Source: Eledone cirrhosa
Taxonomy: Eukaryota
Reading direction: 5' to 3'
Length of the DNA: 64,000 nt
Assembly: GCA_964016885.1 (NCBI GenBank)
Contig: OZ024742.1
Span: 331,886,001-331,950,000 of the forward strand
The position numbers and the translations under genes were made by a program. The notes under the pieces are model-generated. The model saw only the letters and a list, made by a program, of their open reading frames with translations. It searched no databases and had not been told where the DNA came from. Within the stretch, counting starts at the first letter, position 1. Each line of letters opens with the position of its first letter. This document shows positions 40,521 to 54,393 of this stretch, piece by piece.

Positions 40521-40962
40521 CAATCATATTAATTTCCATGTGTAAATCTATAACTCCTCTATATCTATATTTATAACCATGTATTCTCCAACTGTGTTAT
40601 CTATTGTTTATTTGCTACACCTTGATCTGTATTTTATTTCTTCTGTATTTTGATTTATTCGATATGTTTTTATTTACTTCCATCTTTACTCCCATAATTA
40701 CCACCCTGGGTATGACTGCATTTTATTTATGTATTTATTCACATTATTCTCCTTATACACTTAGCCTTGTACTCATCTGTTACCTAAAATTAGCACACGA
40801 CCCTAGAATATTACTCTCTGTACCTTTTATATCTGTTTATCTTGAATCACTCCCCCTATCCACTTAGGAATCACACTACATATAACCCGGGCTAACGTGG
40901 GACTCAATATAGTCTCCTTACCCATTTTATCAGATTTTGCCACATTTAAACTTCACTTCACG

Positions 40963-41490
40963 GGTGTGAATAACTAATAATCGTTTGGTACACGCGATGA
41001 TCCGAAGAGTGTGGCGGCTTTCCCGCTTGCACGCCAGGCGCTCGAGTCGATCAGCCTTCTTAGAGTGCTTTGAAAAATAAATTTCCCCTTCTTTCGGTAA
41101 ACGAAAATACTCGTAACGGCTGTTACGCCCTTGGACCCTGGGCGGGCTTAGAATCCACCGTGCCACAGGTGTATTGATCGCCAAACAGTACTCTTAAATT
41201 CTAAGCTTAATCATAACTTTAAAATGTATCATGCCTGCTTCTACTAGCTCTTTAACTATATCCCCCACCAGTGTGAATAAGTAATAATCGTTTGGCATAC
41301 GCGACGAACAGCCGACAGCGGCAGGCTTCCCGCTAGCACCCCCGGCCGTTGAGACAGTTAACATTCCTGTAGTGCACGGAAAAATAAATGTCCCTTTCTT
41401 TCGATAGACGACAATACTCAGAACGGTTGACACGCCATTGGGCCCTGGGTGGGCTGGGAGTTCGCAACGTCGCTGGTTATTGAACGCCAA
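40963..41490. repeat. Diverged GC-rich two-copy tandem repeat (~307 bp)
   Basis: gtgtgaataa.taataatcgtttgg..cgcga at ~40964 and ~41271 with collinear downstream blocks. Confidence 0.7.
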
Positions 41491-42060
41491 AAATGAGCTT
41501 AATCTTACTTTTTAATCTTAATCTTAACTTTATATTCTACCCTGAAACGCTATTGTGACTATCAATAATGCACTTAACCTTTTCATAAACGCCTCCTTGT
41601 GTAAATTTTTTAACTAAATCTCCCAACTTTAAACCTAAATCTTACTTTTCTAATCTTATCTTAAAGGACATCTATTAATTCTAAACATAAATCTTACATT
41701 TATAATCCTTAATTGTAATTTCTGACCCTACAATAAAAGATAGACTGTACAGGCGCGCACTATATATAGTTTTGTTAATGATACATGTTTTTTGAAAACA
41801 TATATTTCTTAGAACTTTTTATCATTTCTGACCAACTTCTATGTAACCTGATCCCACCGCTAGACTCTGTCCATGACGGGGTGGTAGTAGTAAACTATAA
41901 GATTACGCCCCTTCACCAGAAAGACATAACAAGACTTAGTAGTCCTCACTTGAAGGAGGTCAACCGGACTGGAAACTGCTAAATGTTTGGCCGCTTTCTC
42001 GTCTTTCAGCCTTTTGAGCCCCATGGATTGTGTCTATTATATTCCTTTGTTAAATTTCGA

Positions 42061-42118
42061 ATACCTGATGATGTCACCGGATTCCTACTGAACCCGGTCA
42101 TTGAAAAGTTCATAGTAT
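42061..42118 (+). ncRNA. Hammerhead candidate
   Basis: AUAC-CUGAUGA-..ACCGG..CCGGU..-GAAA-agttca-UA^-GUAU; weak stem III. Confidence 0.5.
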
Positions 42119-42290
42119 AAGAAACCTGTAAGGAATTACACCAGTCCAGCCTCCTGTTATTTTATAATAATTAACTCCATACTCGCACCAACAACACAAA
42201 CAAAGACGGGTGAGTTGCATTGCGTCGAGTGCTCTCCCTAATATTACATCAATATTACACCAACATCAATATTACACCAACAAACCTAAA

Positions 42291-42369
<79 letters not shown>

Positions 42370-42449
42370 ATATATAACACATATAAATAGAGTAACGCCG
42401 TCGGTTACGAACACGAATATTCAACGGAACAACCTACCCCAGAAATTAA

Positions 42450-42685
42450 CGTGCATGTGGTTGAGCATTCCACAGACACGCATATCCTTTACGTAGTTGT
42501 CAGGGAGATTCAGTGTGACATAGTGTTTTCAACTCTGGTCCTTCCAATTAAAGGTACAACTCATTTTTTCCAGCTGAGTGAACTGGAGCAACCTGAAATA
42601 ATGTCCCTTGCTCAAGGGCACAATGCACCGCCGGAAATCAAACTCATGACCTTACGATTGTGAGCCGAATACCCTAACCACGCAC
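42450..42685 (-). mobile_element. Second SINE family (tRNA-like head on minus strand)
   Basis: gagtgaactggagcaacctgaaataatgtcccttgctcaagggcacaa..tgagccgaataccctaaccac; related fragments near 11540-11650 and 12490-12570. Confidence 0.65.
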
Positions 42686-42843
42686 TTTCACACAGACAAC
42701 TACCTATATAAACACACACACACACACACACACATACACATGTACATATATACATATAAACAAACACAAACACGCACATATACATATACAAACAAACACA
42801 TGAATATGCACACGCACACACATATACAAACACACATAAACAG

Positions 42844-42967
<124 letters not shown>

Positions 42968-43002
42968 ACGCAAACACACACACATATATATATATATATA
43001 TA

Positions 43003-43965
43003 ACGATAAATTAACGGAGGCATAGGCCCTCGCTATTCCCTGTAAATAATGTGCTCAAAGGAGAAGAAATCCTGAGCTCTTTAAAATACAATATGTTGAA
43101 AAGGTAACACACCAGAGAGGGATATACAGTGCGCTATCAATAAAACAGGTTTCGCTCCTAATAACAGTGTTTCCTATCTCTGTTTGGTTGAGCACACTTC
43201 TCTGAGTGGCTTTGGGCTGCCCTTTCTAGCAGTTCGTCCCTCAGAGACCACTGGTTCACTGCCCTTAAACACGCTGTGACTTCTCTCTCTCACGTGTAGC
43301 TGCACAGTCACTTTTAAAATTATCTGTGTTGTCTGAAATGTATAGCCTTACACACGCTGATGAACCGAGGCTAACCCATTTCTTTCAACAAATTACTGGT
43401 GAAACATATCTTTGGATTAGTATCTTTGGATTTATACGTGTGTTATATAATTATAAAGGTATTTATTTACGCTTTCATTTATATTTTTAATTATCGTGTC
43501 TATAGTCTGCCTTTCATAGGTTATAGATTCCATACACTGGTGGGTTTTTTCACTGTTTTATTGATAGCGCACTGTATATCTCTCTCTGGTGTGTTACCTT
43601 TTCAACATATTGTATTTTCAAGAACTCAGGATTTCTCCTCTTTTGAGCACATTATTTACAGGGAATAGCGAGGGTCTATGCCACAGTTAATTTATCGTGA
43701 TATTTCGCTCCTAATAACAGTCTTTCTTATCCCTGTTTGGTTGAGCAAACTTCTCTGAGTGGCTTTTGGCTGCCCTTTCTAGCAGTTCGTCCCTCAGAGG
43801 CCACTGCTACACTGCCCTTAAACACGCTGTGACTTCTCTCTCCCACGTGTTTATAGTCTCCCTTTCCTAGGTTATAGATACAATACACTGGTGGGTTTTT
43901 TTCCCTGTTTTATTGATAGCGCACTGTATATCTCTCTCTGGTGTGTTACCTTTTCAACATATTGT
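43003..43965. mobile_element. Tandem plus inverted non-coding element with a decayed HHR near 43351-43416
   Basis: 43003-43148 inverted against ~43554-43698; 43150-43298 repeated at 43702-43850; ctgatga acc..ggt gaaa cata tc. Confidence 0.6.
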
Positions 43966-44229
43966 ATATATATATATATATATATATAAACACACACACA
44001 TAAACAAAAACACGCACATGTATATATAAACACCCACACATACGTATTTATATATACACACACACATAAATATATAAACATACACACTCATATACACAGC
44101 CACTTAACTGTGAAACCCAATATTAAAACATTTTTCCTCCCTACTGCAATTATTGTCTCTCTCACACAAAATATTACCCCTATAACTAAAACATTATAGC
44201 TTTCTCACTATATGCCTCACTATATGCAT

Positions 44230-45395
44230 CACTCATTCTAACTAGAGCATCATTCTCCCTCTATCACTAAACCACCAAACTCTCTCCCCTCTCTGTATCC
44301 AACTACATACCACACTCTCTCTCACAATTCCCCCTTCTCACTAAACCACCTAATTAAATCCCCCTCTCTATATTTCAATACATACCTCACCCCTCTCACA
44401 CTTTCCTTCCCCATTAAACCACAAACATCTCCCTCTCTCTATATACCACTACATACCTTACTCTTTATCGTTCTCACAATTCCCCCTCTCTCAATAAACC
44501 ACCACATTATCTGCCACCCCTTTGTATTCCACTACACACTCTCATTTCCCCCTCTCACACTAGATTACCAAATTATTTCCCCTCCTTATTTACCAGTACA
44601 TACCTCACTCTCAATCACTCTCGTAATTCCCACTCGCTCACTAGCCAACCAAACTCTCTCCCTCTCACTATAGCCCACTACATGCTTCACTCTCTATCAC
44701 TTTCACAATTACTCCTCTCTCACCACACCACCAAACTATCTGCCCCTCTTTATATCCCACTACATACCTCACTCTCTCTCACAAGTCCCTCTCTGTCACT
44801 AGACAACCAAATTTTATCCTCCCCTCTCTTGATTCCACTACATAAACCATGCTTTTTTTATTCCCTCAGCTCCCCCACTCTTACTAAACCAACAAATACT
44901 CTACCGCTATCTATATCCCACTATATACCTCACTCTCGCTCACAATTCCCTCTCTCTCACTAGACTACTAAATCTCTTTATATTCCATTATATATCTCAC
45001 TCTCTCTCACTCTCACAACACACCCTCTCTCACCTGGCCAATAAACTCTCATCCCTCCCTATCACACACTACATAACTCACTCTCTCTCGCAATCCCCCC
45101 TCTATCACAATCCCCCCTCTCTCACTACGTTACTAAATTCTCGCTCCATCTCTATATTTCACTACATACCTCACTCACATTCACTTTCTTGGTGCCCCCT
45201 CTCTCACTAGAATAACAAATTATCTCCCGCTCTCTATATTCCACTACATACCTCACTCTCTCACAATTCCCCATGTGTCACGAGAGCAACAAATAGCCCC
45301 CCCCCCCTCTATATTCCAGTAGTACTCCTCTCTCTCTCTCCCAATTCCTGCTCTCTCATTGGACCACCAAATTCTCTCTACATCTCTGCTTCCCA
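44230..45395. repeat. CT-rich minisatellite, ~70-80-bp unit
   Basis: Recurring cactaaaccaccaaa..tcccctctctatatcccactacatacctcactctctctcacaattcccc. Confidence 0.85.
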
Positions 45396-45704
45396 CTACA
45401 ATATTTTGTACTTTGAAACAACAAATGTTAACATCTTTTGTAAAGAAAGTCAAAGTGTTCCATTCACTTCCCCATCTGTTGAACGCCTGGGATATGGGTG
45501 AGATCTTTATTTTTTTGGTGGTGTGCTTTTTTTGAATTATTTGACAGAATGTTAAAATATGTGGTGGTGTCGGTGGTGTTTGTTTATTTTGAATCTATAT
45601 ATCTATATATCTATAAGAAAAAAGGATATTCAATGTGTTGGTAATTCAACAAATATAAATGTTTCTAACTGATTCAGAGCACTCGACAAGTTTTCTAGAG
45701 TATA

Positions 45705-47358
45705 ATATTCAATGATATTAAATAAATGGAAACTATATTTATAAAACGTTGGTACGCTTTCATCAGATAAAATTCACAGTTTGTATAAATTTTGACATAA
45801 CCAAGAAAAGATACTTTCACGGCTCAAGTTTTTCTTGGATGTGAATGAAAAGAGAAGAAAAGTCAGATATTTCAAATTATTAAGATGAGTATGCAAATGA
45901 GGTTGAGGTATAGGGCTGAAAAAACGTTATTTTAGACGCTATGCAGAATTTAAATAATTATGATATATGTATGTATGAGTAGGAAGAAGAAAAATAAAAG
46001 AAAGAAGAGCTTGTATTTACGTTAATTTAAAAGGAAATAACAATTTACGGGAATGGTGGAATATGATTCCAGAATTTAAATTTATTTAGCTATATTATGA
46101 GTTATAATATTGTATATATAATCAATTAGATTATATGAAGAACTATGGTTGTAAGTAGATTTTATCTTATTATATTACAATAGGTTGTAAGTATATAAGT
46201 ATCTATATAGATTAATAATTGTGCATGTATAAGTATTATAGAAATAGAAATAATTTACAATTATTAGTTGTTTACATTTCTAATATGAGTTACGAAGGAA
46301 GTTGATTATGCATTTTACATAAAAAAAACACATAGTTCAAGTTGTAAGAGGAGAAAAATTTGTAGATTCAAATATTTTGTTCCAACATTGAAAATCTTTT
46401 CAGAATATTGTTAATTTAACGAAGTTATATAGTTTGTCATACATATTATATTATAATATAATGTCTATGTTTGCACGATTGAAAATGGAAAGAAAACCCC
46501 AAACTTGTTTGTTAACCGTTAAATTTGATGAATGATTTACTTAGAAAATATATAGAGAACATAATATATATTATTTTGTATGAGATTAATTTAAATTATT
46601 TATTATTTTAGTCGAAAGATGTGTGAAAGTTTGAAGATCAAAAGAAGAGGAAAAAAGTAACGTGCATTTCGAAGAACTATCGTAAAGAGGATAAACTTTC
46701 AGAATGTCAAAGTTGGAACAAAATATTTGAATCTACAAATGTTTCTCCTCTTACAACTTGAACTACGTGTTTTTTTATGTAAAATGCAAAATCAACTTCC
46801 TTCGTAACTCATATTAGAAATGTAAGCAAGTAATTGTAAATTTCTATTTCCATAATACTTATACATGCACAATTATTAATCTATATAGATATGTATATAC
46901 TTACAACCTATTGTAATGTAATAAGATAAAATCTACTTACAACCATAGTTCTTCATATAATCTAATTGATTACATATATAATATTAAAATTCATAATATA
47001 GCTAAATAAATTTGAATTCTGGAATCATATTGCACCATTCCCGCAAATTGTTAATTCCGTTTAAATTAACGTACATACAAACTCTTCTTTCTTTTACATA
47101 TATCATAATTACTTAAATTCTGCATAGCGTCTAAAATAACGTTTTTTCAGCCCTATACCTCAACCTCATTTGCATACTCATCTTAATAATTTGAAATATC
47201 TGACTTTTCTTCTCTTTTCATTCACACCCAAGAAAAACTTGAACCGTGAAGGTATCTTTTCTTGGTTATGTCAAAATTTATACAAACTGAATTTTATCTG
47301 ATGAAAGCGTACCAACGGTTTATAAATATAGTTTCCATTTATTTAATATCATTGAATA
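45705..47358. mobile_element. Large inverted repeat (~650-690-bp arms, ~310-bp spacer), PLE-terminus-like
   Basis: 45705-46392 is inverted against 46706-47358; termini match 10311 and 34987; both arms carry the same internally deleted HHR (ttttatctgatgaaagcgtacc). Confidence 0.8.
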
Positions 47359-47437
47359 TCTATGTATCTATATATACTGCCAATTCTCTGTTATATATAT
47401 TGGTATGTGTATGCATGAGTGTATGTGTGTATATACA

Positions 47438-47503
<66 letters not shown>

Positions 47504-47694
47504 TTGTGTGTGCGTGTCTATATATATATGTTTTCATGCATGCTTGAATGAATACATTAAGCTTTAGATTTAGTAGAATGTACAACCACTGATTGCAGTT
47601 ATTTGCACTATTATATATTTTGGTTTCTATTAATTCCCTGTGGAATTGGTTGACCAAATGATTTGCTTAATTATTTTATTTATTTCTCTTAGAG

Positions 47695-47849
47695 TTCATG
47701 TTGCCAATAAGAAACACACGCACCAGATGTTTCACTGAAAGCAAATGGTGTGTGTGTTTCTTATTGTCAACATGACCCTCCCAAAGTATAACAATATCGG
47801 TTTCAACACACGTTTTCAGATAAGGAATCTTGCTAAACAAATTCAGAAA

Positions 47850-47918
<69 letters not shown>

Positions 47919-48626
47919 CTGAAAACGTGTGTTGAAACCGATATTGTTATACTTTGGGAGGGTCATGTTATATACATATAGATATATATATATATATATA
48001 TTGTTATGCTTTGGGAGGGTCATGTTGCCAATAAGAAACACACGCACCAGTTTCCGCATGTGATACATCAGGGTGTTTTTGTTTTCTCTTTGATATTTTT
48101 CTTTAATTTTGTTTTTTTTAATTTAACTCCAACCAAAATTAAAATTAAAGAGAAAACATGAATGCAATAGCAACATCACAACTTACAATTAAGGACAAAA
48201 TGAAAACACACACACACATAGAATAAACAACCAACCAGTAACATGTAAATAAACAAATAAATAAACAAATATAAACGCAGACAGACACCACGATGTAACA
48301 CATGCGCAAACTAAGCACACAACACACACAATAACAAGATGGCGTAGGACAGAAAAAGGAGAGGCACAAAAACAAAGAAAAGAATCCCAGTCACTGAAGA
48401 GGTCACATAATGTATGACGAAAGAACTTTGACAATATATGAACAAAGGTCCGATTATGGAACCAACCAACCGGGAATTTATAAATTTGCTATCACAAAAT
48501 AAATTGGAGTGATAGCAACTGGTGCGTGTGTTTCTTATTGGCATCGTGACCCTCCCAAAACATAACAATATCGTTTTCAACACACGTTTTCAGATAAAGA
48601 ATCTTGCTAAACAAATTCAGACACGA

Positions 48627-48630
<4 letters not shown>
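47695..48630. mobile_element. Cluster of PLE-B 3' terminal fragments in both orientations
   Basis: 48130-48630 matches ~27875-28390; several inverted tail fragments around (TA)n. Confidence 0.85.
48389..48433 (+). ncRNA. PLE-B hammerhead, diverged subfamily
   Basis: agtca ctgaaga g gtca..tgac gaaa gaac tt tgac. Confidence 0.6.
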
Positions 48631-48657
<27 letters not shown>

Positions 48658-48790
48658 TTATATGAATGTATATATAGTGTATTTTGCAATACACTGTATG
48701 TTTATTAAAAGCATTTCGAAGACCTTACGCTATTGTTTTAGAGCAGTGACACTCTCGCTTACTTTAAATGTTCAGCAAACAGGGGAGATA

Positions 48791-48837
48791 AAGCTAACAG
48801 AGCTCTGTTTCGTACTGATTGGTACTTATCAAAGCCA
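48791..48837 (-). ncRNA. U3-A8 hammerhead, intact
   Basis: GGCU-UUGAUAA-GUAC caauca GUAC-GAAA-CAGAGCUCUG-UU^-AGCU; palindrome ACAGAGCUCUGU. Confidence 0.78.
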
Positions 48838-49151
48838 AGCATTCCACATGTTTGCTGAAAATCATGAATGTTTGATTCTTATAGAATTCTAGTAATAATC
48901 AGGAACAGATTATACAGAGCGGTTGCCGGTCAAGCAGAAATTGAAAATTAGAATTGGTGCTCTGCAATAGCCATATATATATGAATGTATATATAGTGTA
49001 TTTTGCAATACACTGTATGCTTAATTAAAAGCTTTTCGAAGACCTTACGCTATTGTTTTAGAGTAGTGACACTCTCACTTACTTTAAATTTTCAGCAAAC
49101 AGGGGAGATAAAACCGACAGAGCTCTGTTTTCAGCAAACAGGTGGAGTACT

Positions 49152-49198
49152 TGGTTTTGATAAGTACCAATCAGTACGAAACAGAGCTATGTCAGCTT
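49152..49198 (+). ncRNA. U3-A8 hammerhead
   Basis: tggtt ttgataa gtac caatca gtac gaaa cagagctatg tc agctt. Confidence 0.68.
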
Positions 49199-49365
49199 TA
49201 TCTCCTCTATTTGCTGACAATTTAAAGTAAATGAGACTGTCATTACTCTAAAATAATAGCGTAAGGTCTTCGAAATGCTTTTAATTAAGCATACAGTGTA
49301 TTGCAAAATACACTATATATACATTCATATATATATCGCTATTTCAGAGCACCAATTCTAATATG

Positions 49366-49497
<132 letters not shown>

Positions 49498-49551
49498 TGT
49501 GTTTAACTGTTGAATTAATTTAAGTTGATTATCTTAACAAACATAATATAT

Positions 49552-49638
<87 letters not shown>

Positions 49639-49839
49639 TGTTAAAGTAATCAACTTAAATTAATTCAACAGTTAAACACACATAGGAATAATAGGTTGTT
49701 ACCAAGGAGCCAGAAGATTGACAAGTCGACCCTAAATATGACTAATAGCTCTAGGAAAGCCATGTATGACACCACATCTTTTTAAATTTGATTTTGAATG
49801 TAGGTTTATAATCATTAATTTTCTTTATACGTTCGTATC

Positions 49840-50045
49840 TGTCACGGCGGCCTAGTTGGAGAATCATAGGTAGTGGTGTTCCTTGACTGAAGTTCGATCC
49901 TGGTCGGGAGTAGGGTTCCCGGCCAAAACTTTCATTTTTTTTCTACGGGATGTAAAATAAAAACTGAAAAAGGTTGCATCAACCAGGATTGAACCGAAGT
50001 ACAGTATCTCCAACGTCTCTAGTACCTACTGAGATAGCTACGTAA
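49840..50045. other. Convergent pair of tRNA-derived, Pol III-like units
   Basis: Plus strand: cggcctagttgg..gttcgatcc..T8. Minus strand: tatctcagtagg..ggttcaatcc..T5. No convincing cloverleaf. Confidence 0.45.
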
Positions 50046-52327
50046 GTCTACTGAAAACTCCCACATATAAACGTATGTTCAAAATTTTCAAAACAAAATG
50101 ACGTAGTGGCGTTTATATCTTTCTTAATGTTATTGCTCCTACTTAAGGTCGGCTTCTAAATCATTTGGTTGTTTCATTAACTACATCCTCGTATTGTTTC
50201 TCATCTATCAAGATTATATTTTAACCTGTAATCCATGTTTCTTTTCTGTTGCATCACATCCCCCTCTCTCTCTTTCTCTCTCTGTTATTTGAATTTTCTA
50301 TGATTTGGGCTTACCTTAATCATATATATATGTTTTTGCATGGATTCAAAGATAGAATGGTTGGCATTGAGGCACCTGTTGTAAAAAATATCGTTCAATG
50401 AATTCAGCTAGTCTAAAATATGCATTGATGTCGTTGTTGTTATTATTTGATAGCCCTCATGCTAGTATTTATAAGGAATATAAATTAATATGGTTGTTCC
50501 AATATTTTCACCACCATCTTATATTCCATTAGCAGATATAAGATTACAAATATGCAACACATACTCAACACATACTATGCAACACATATTAAAATTTTTA
50601 AGATGGTGTGTTACATTTTAATACCAGTTTGAGCCGCTATTTTCAGCAGAGTGAACACACGAATAATAACTTCTTTGTCATACAATGATATATTAACACC
50701 TAGTCCTGAATTTAACAGGAAGCGAGCGTGTAGCATTGCGTGATGAATAAACAAAGTCATACACATTCTGTTGGTTTTAAAATATATATTTTCTAAAGCA
50801 AAGAATATTTCTATTCATAACGGCTCAGCGTCATTCCATGGTGTGCTGACTTTGAAGGATATGTTGTGATAAAATCTTTCAAAAATAGTCAGATTTGATA
50901 TAAACGTATGGATGGATTTTTCAACTGTTATGTATCGTGTCAATCTCCCCCTCTCTCCCCTCCCCCTCTCTCTATTTATATATATATACATATATATATA
51001 AAACAATGTTGTCTCTGATCGAGATATATATACTTATAAAAAGGAAGTTGATTGTACGTTGACTGCTAATAACACTAAATAAAATTGATAATGATTAAGG
51101 TTCCTCGCGTGTATTCAACTAATCTGATCTCCATCAACTTACCCAATGACTTACTTTTTGAAAATGGGGTTGGGTGAGTTGGAGGATAATTTACTGCTAT
51201 TTCTAGCACACAACTAGTTTTATCGTCAGTCATGCTATCAATGTAGAGAGAGGGAAACACTACTCATCTCACTAAAACTACCTCCTCCTCTCTCTAACTA
51301 AAACGTTTGTTGTCGGCCGACTGCATTTGACACACCCTCTATTCTTCTCCCTCTCTCCTACCCCTGCTCTATCTCTCGCCTTTTCCCTCTCACTAACGCC
51401 CTTTCTATCTGTATCTTTATATCTATCTGTATCTTTATAAAAAGGAAGTTTGTTTTACGTTGACCGCTAATAACACTGAATAAAATTGATAATATTTAAG
51501 GTTTTTCTTGTTTTCAACTAATCTGACTTCTAGTTTTGCTTCTGTCTCTGACTATAAGTGTACCCGTGTTTGTCAGTGAATCTCTTATATTGTTTGTGTG
51601 TGTTTGTATGTGTCTGTGAATTATTTTGTTTGTTTATGCATATAACGGAAACAACATAGATTCTGATACAGCAGTTGGGAGTTCGGTTACTGCTACTGAT
51701 TTTACGCCGTTATTATATTCCTTAAAATGTGTCTATGTGTTTATTATTGGCGATATACCGAATAATATTACTTTCATTCCATTACCATTATTGCTTTCAC
51801 GATTAATTCTAAAAAAATCTTTTACACTTGTTTTACGAAGCTTCAATAAATAATTTGTATACGTTACTTTGAAATTACTTATAGTATTGCATACATTTCT
51901 CATCTTCTCTCGGTGTTACATTGACATAAAATGCTAAAAAGTCTATATGCCCATTATTATATCTTTTATTCATAGACTTTGAGAAATAGATATATCTCAG
52001 TCTCAAATGTTCCCTCTTTGTTTATGGAGTATTATATGATTCTTCCACAGTGTAATTGCTATATCATTCACATCCCACTTACTGTTCACTCCTCTACTTA
52101 CGTGAATAATATTTTTCAAAATATCGAGAGCAGGACAACACACTGGTAGAACATCGGATATAATGTCCTGTGTTATTGTTACTTTAGATTTTGACTTCAA
52201 ATTCCATATATGGTGTCGAATATACAATACAAACCACTGAAAAACGATTGTCAATGTTATCAATTATACCATTCGAAAACATTGCGTAAGTACGAGTCAA
52301 TAAAATATTTTAATATTCTAGCCACAG

Positions 52328-52550
52328 AGGGCGCTGGATTGGCAGTACTAGTAGAGAGTCGGACAATATGTTTGATGACATAGGGATACACCCCTTTACG
52401 ATCTGTGTTCAATTTCTACCGAGGTTAACTTTGCCTTTCATCCTTACGAGGTTGATAAAATAAAGTACTAGTAATGCACTTGGGTCGATTTAATTGATAT
52501 TACCCTCCACAGAAATTGTTGGCCATGTGCTTAAATCAGAAACCAGTATT
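52328..52550 (+). mobile_element. SINE
   Basis: gggcgctggattggcag..gaggttaactttgcctttcatcc..; flanked by tattctagcca at ~52314 and ~52547 (probable TSD). Confidence 0.8.
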
Positions 52551-53495
52551 CTAGCCAAATGATCCCCGTCGAGTCGCAGAATCGACCGCAGGATAGGTCA
52601 AGTCTCTTACCGTCTGAAACGTATGATTCACATTTCTATACATTTTTAACTTTCACATTTAATCCCTCTTCTACTTCTTCTATAAAAAAAATACTTCCAA
52701 TATTTTAATTTTCAGAATCCTCTCTCATACAACGAATCATCCTCGATACAGTTCAGAGTGAGGAAGCTTAGTGTCACATTGCGTTAAATCACGACCGTGA
52801 AAAGCATAACTACCAGTGGAGGAGGAGATTATTTTCGTTATTATTTATCTGCAATTCTGTTACAGCATGATAATATTGTTCTGTGTTTCACTGCCTTCTC
52901 ATTCTTACACTAACATTGCGATGGCTTTCCCAGCCGGTCCAAGTTCCATATCATCGCAAGATGATATGGAGACACTACAGAACGTAAAAAATGCATGAAA
53001 CACGACCGTCGACTACTGCTTTTGGGATATGAACCTTTTGTGTTGTGGTTTGTTTAATATATATAGATTTGCATTCCCTTCATTTAAATTTAGGTTGATG
53101 TTTTGGTTATCCATGTGTGCACCACGTGCATTTATGTACACTGATAGGAAAGAAAAAAAAATTGTCTCAAAGTGGACATATTTTTTTCTTTATCGTCAAA
53201 ATACCGCGGCTCGTGAGGTCTTTCAGTAATTATCTTAAGAGAATAAATTCAAATAAAATATTCCTTTCATTCAGTTTCAAGTGGTTATATTCAGAATGTG
53301 TAAGACAATTTGGCCACAGGTTTGAAAAATTCAACACTCAATATGAACTCTTTCATTGGCCTAAATATAAAATATAACATGCAATACAAAAGAACGTGGA
53401 CAGTGGGAATTTATATATTTTTAATCATCGTCACTTCGTGATTGTAAAGATGTTGTGATTGTATGGGTGTGTTTGTGGGTATGTTTGGTTGGAGA

Positions 53496-53539
<44 letters not shown>

Positions 53540-53599
53540 TGAGAGAGAGAGAGAGAAACAAAGAGAGAGAGCGAACGCAAGAAAGAAAGAGTAGGGTTG

Positions 53600-54310
53600 T
53601 GTAAACTTGGCATTTGTTTATTCTGCTGTTTCTTTTGTTTTTTTTCTGTTGATGTCCCTGGCTGTGGTGCTGATGTGGCCGTTGGTTGTTTTGTAGATGG
53701 TGTTGCTGGTGTTGGTACTGCTATTGCTGCAGGTGTTTTTGTTACTCCATCTTCCATTGGTCTTGCTGCTACTGCCGGAGTTGTTGCTTTCGGTGTTGTT
53801 TTAGGTCGTTGGCTTTGTTGTTGCGGCTGCTGGGTTCCTGGTTTTTGCATCAGGGCAGGAGGGGCTAGTTTCCCTGTATGAGGTTTAGAGCAGAACATTC
53901 TCAATTGGTTGGTCTGACCACACAGATGATTACGAGGCTTTTAAACTTCAACACCGACATGGCCTTCTATCTACACCACCGAGCAAGCTAATATCAACTG
54001 GGATCTTGTCAATTCTATTTGGTTTGATATGAAGGAGCATTTCCACCCTGGTCCCAAACCAGTTTTCTACCGGCTTTCTCTCATTTCGAGAAGAGTGTCA
54101 CTGACTTCGAGGAATACGCAGACACAAGACATCCAGCTTGGCTGGGACGGTCAAGGCCCTATTTTTATCTAATTTCACACGTTTGGCCACTCGTGGCAAC
54201 CGAGTATCTTTGTCCAGTATATTCATATTAAACTGTCGTGTGGACTTCGCAGCTGCTCATGCGAATGTCTAATTGTTGTACTTGTTGATATTTTTGAAGT
54301 TGTTGCCATT
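53600..54310 (-). pseudogene. Decayed Tx1-type ORF1 fragment
   Basis: HLCGQTNQLRMFC decayed zinc knuckle followed by a P/T/Q-rich tail, paralleling CFRCVSKTHLRAFC at ~63750. Confidence 0.55.
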
Positions 54311-54360
54311 TGTTTTGTCGTTGTAGTCCGTATGACTTTTCTTTTGGTTGCTTGTTTCTG

Positions 54361-54393
<33 letters not shown>

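Larger units (their letters stand above)
48660..49362. mobile_element. Retrozyme-like element: ~320-bp tandem unit plus inverted arm, U3-A8 HHRs
   Basis: tatgaatgtatatatagtgtattttgcaatacactgtatg at 48661 and 48980; inversion from ~49130. Confidence 0.8.

Noticed and set aside
44230-45395. Regular repeats as a CRISPR-like array
   Set aside because: No unique spacers; degenerate eukaryotic minisatellite
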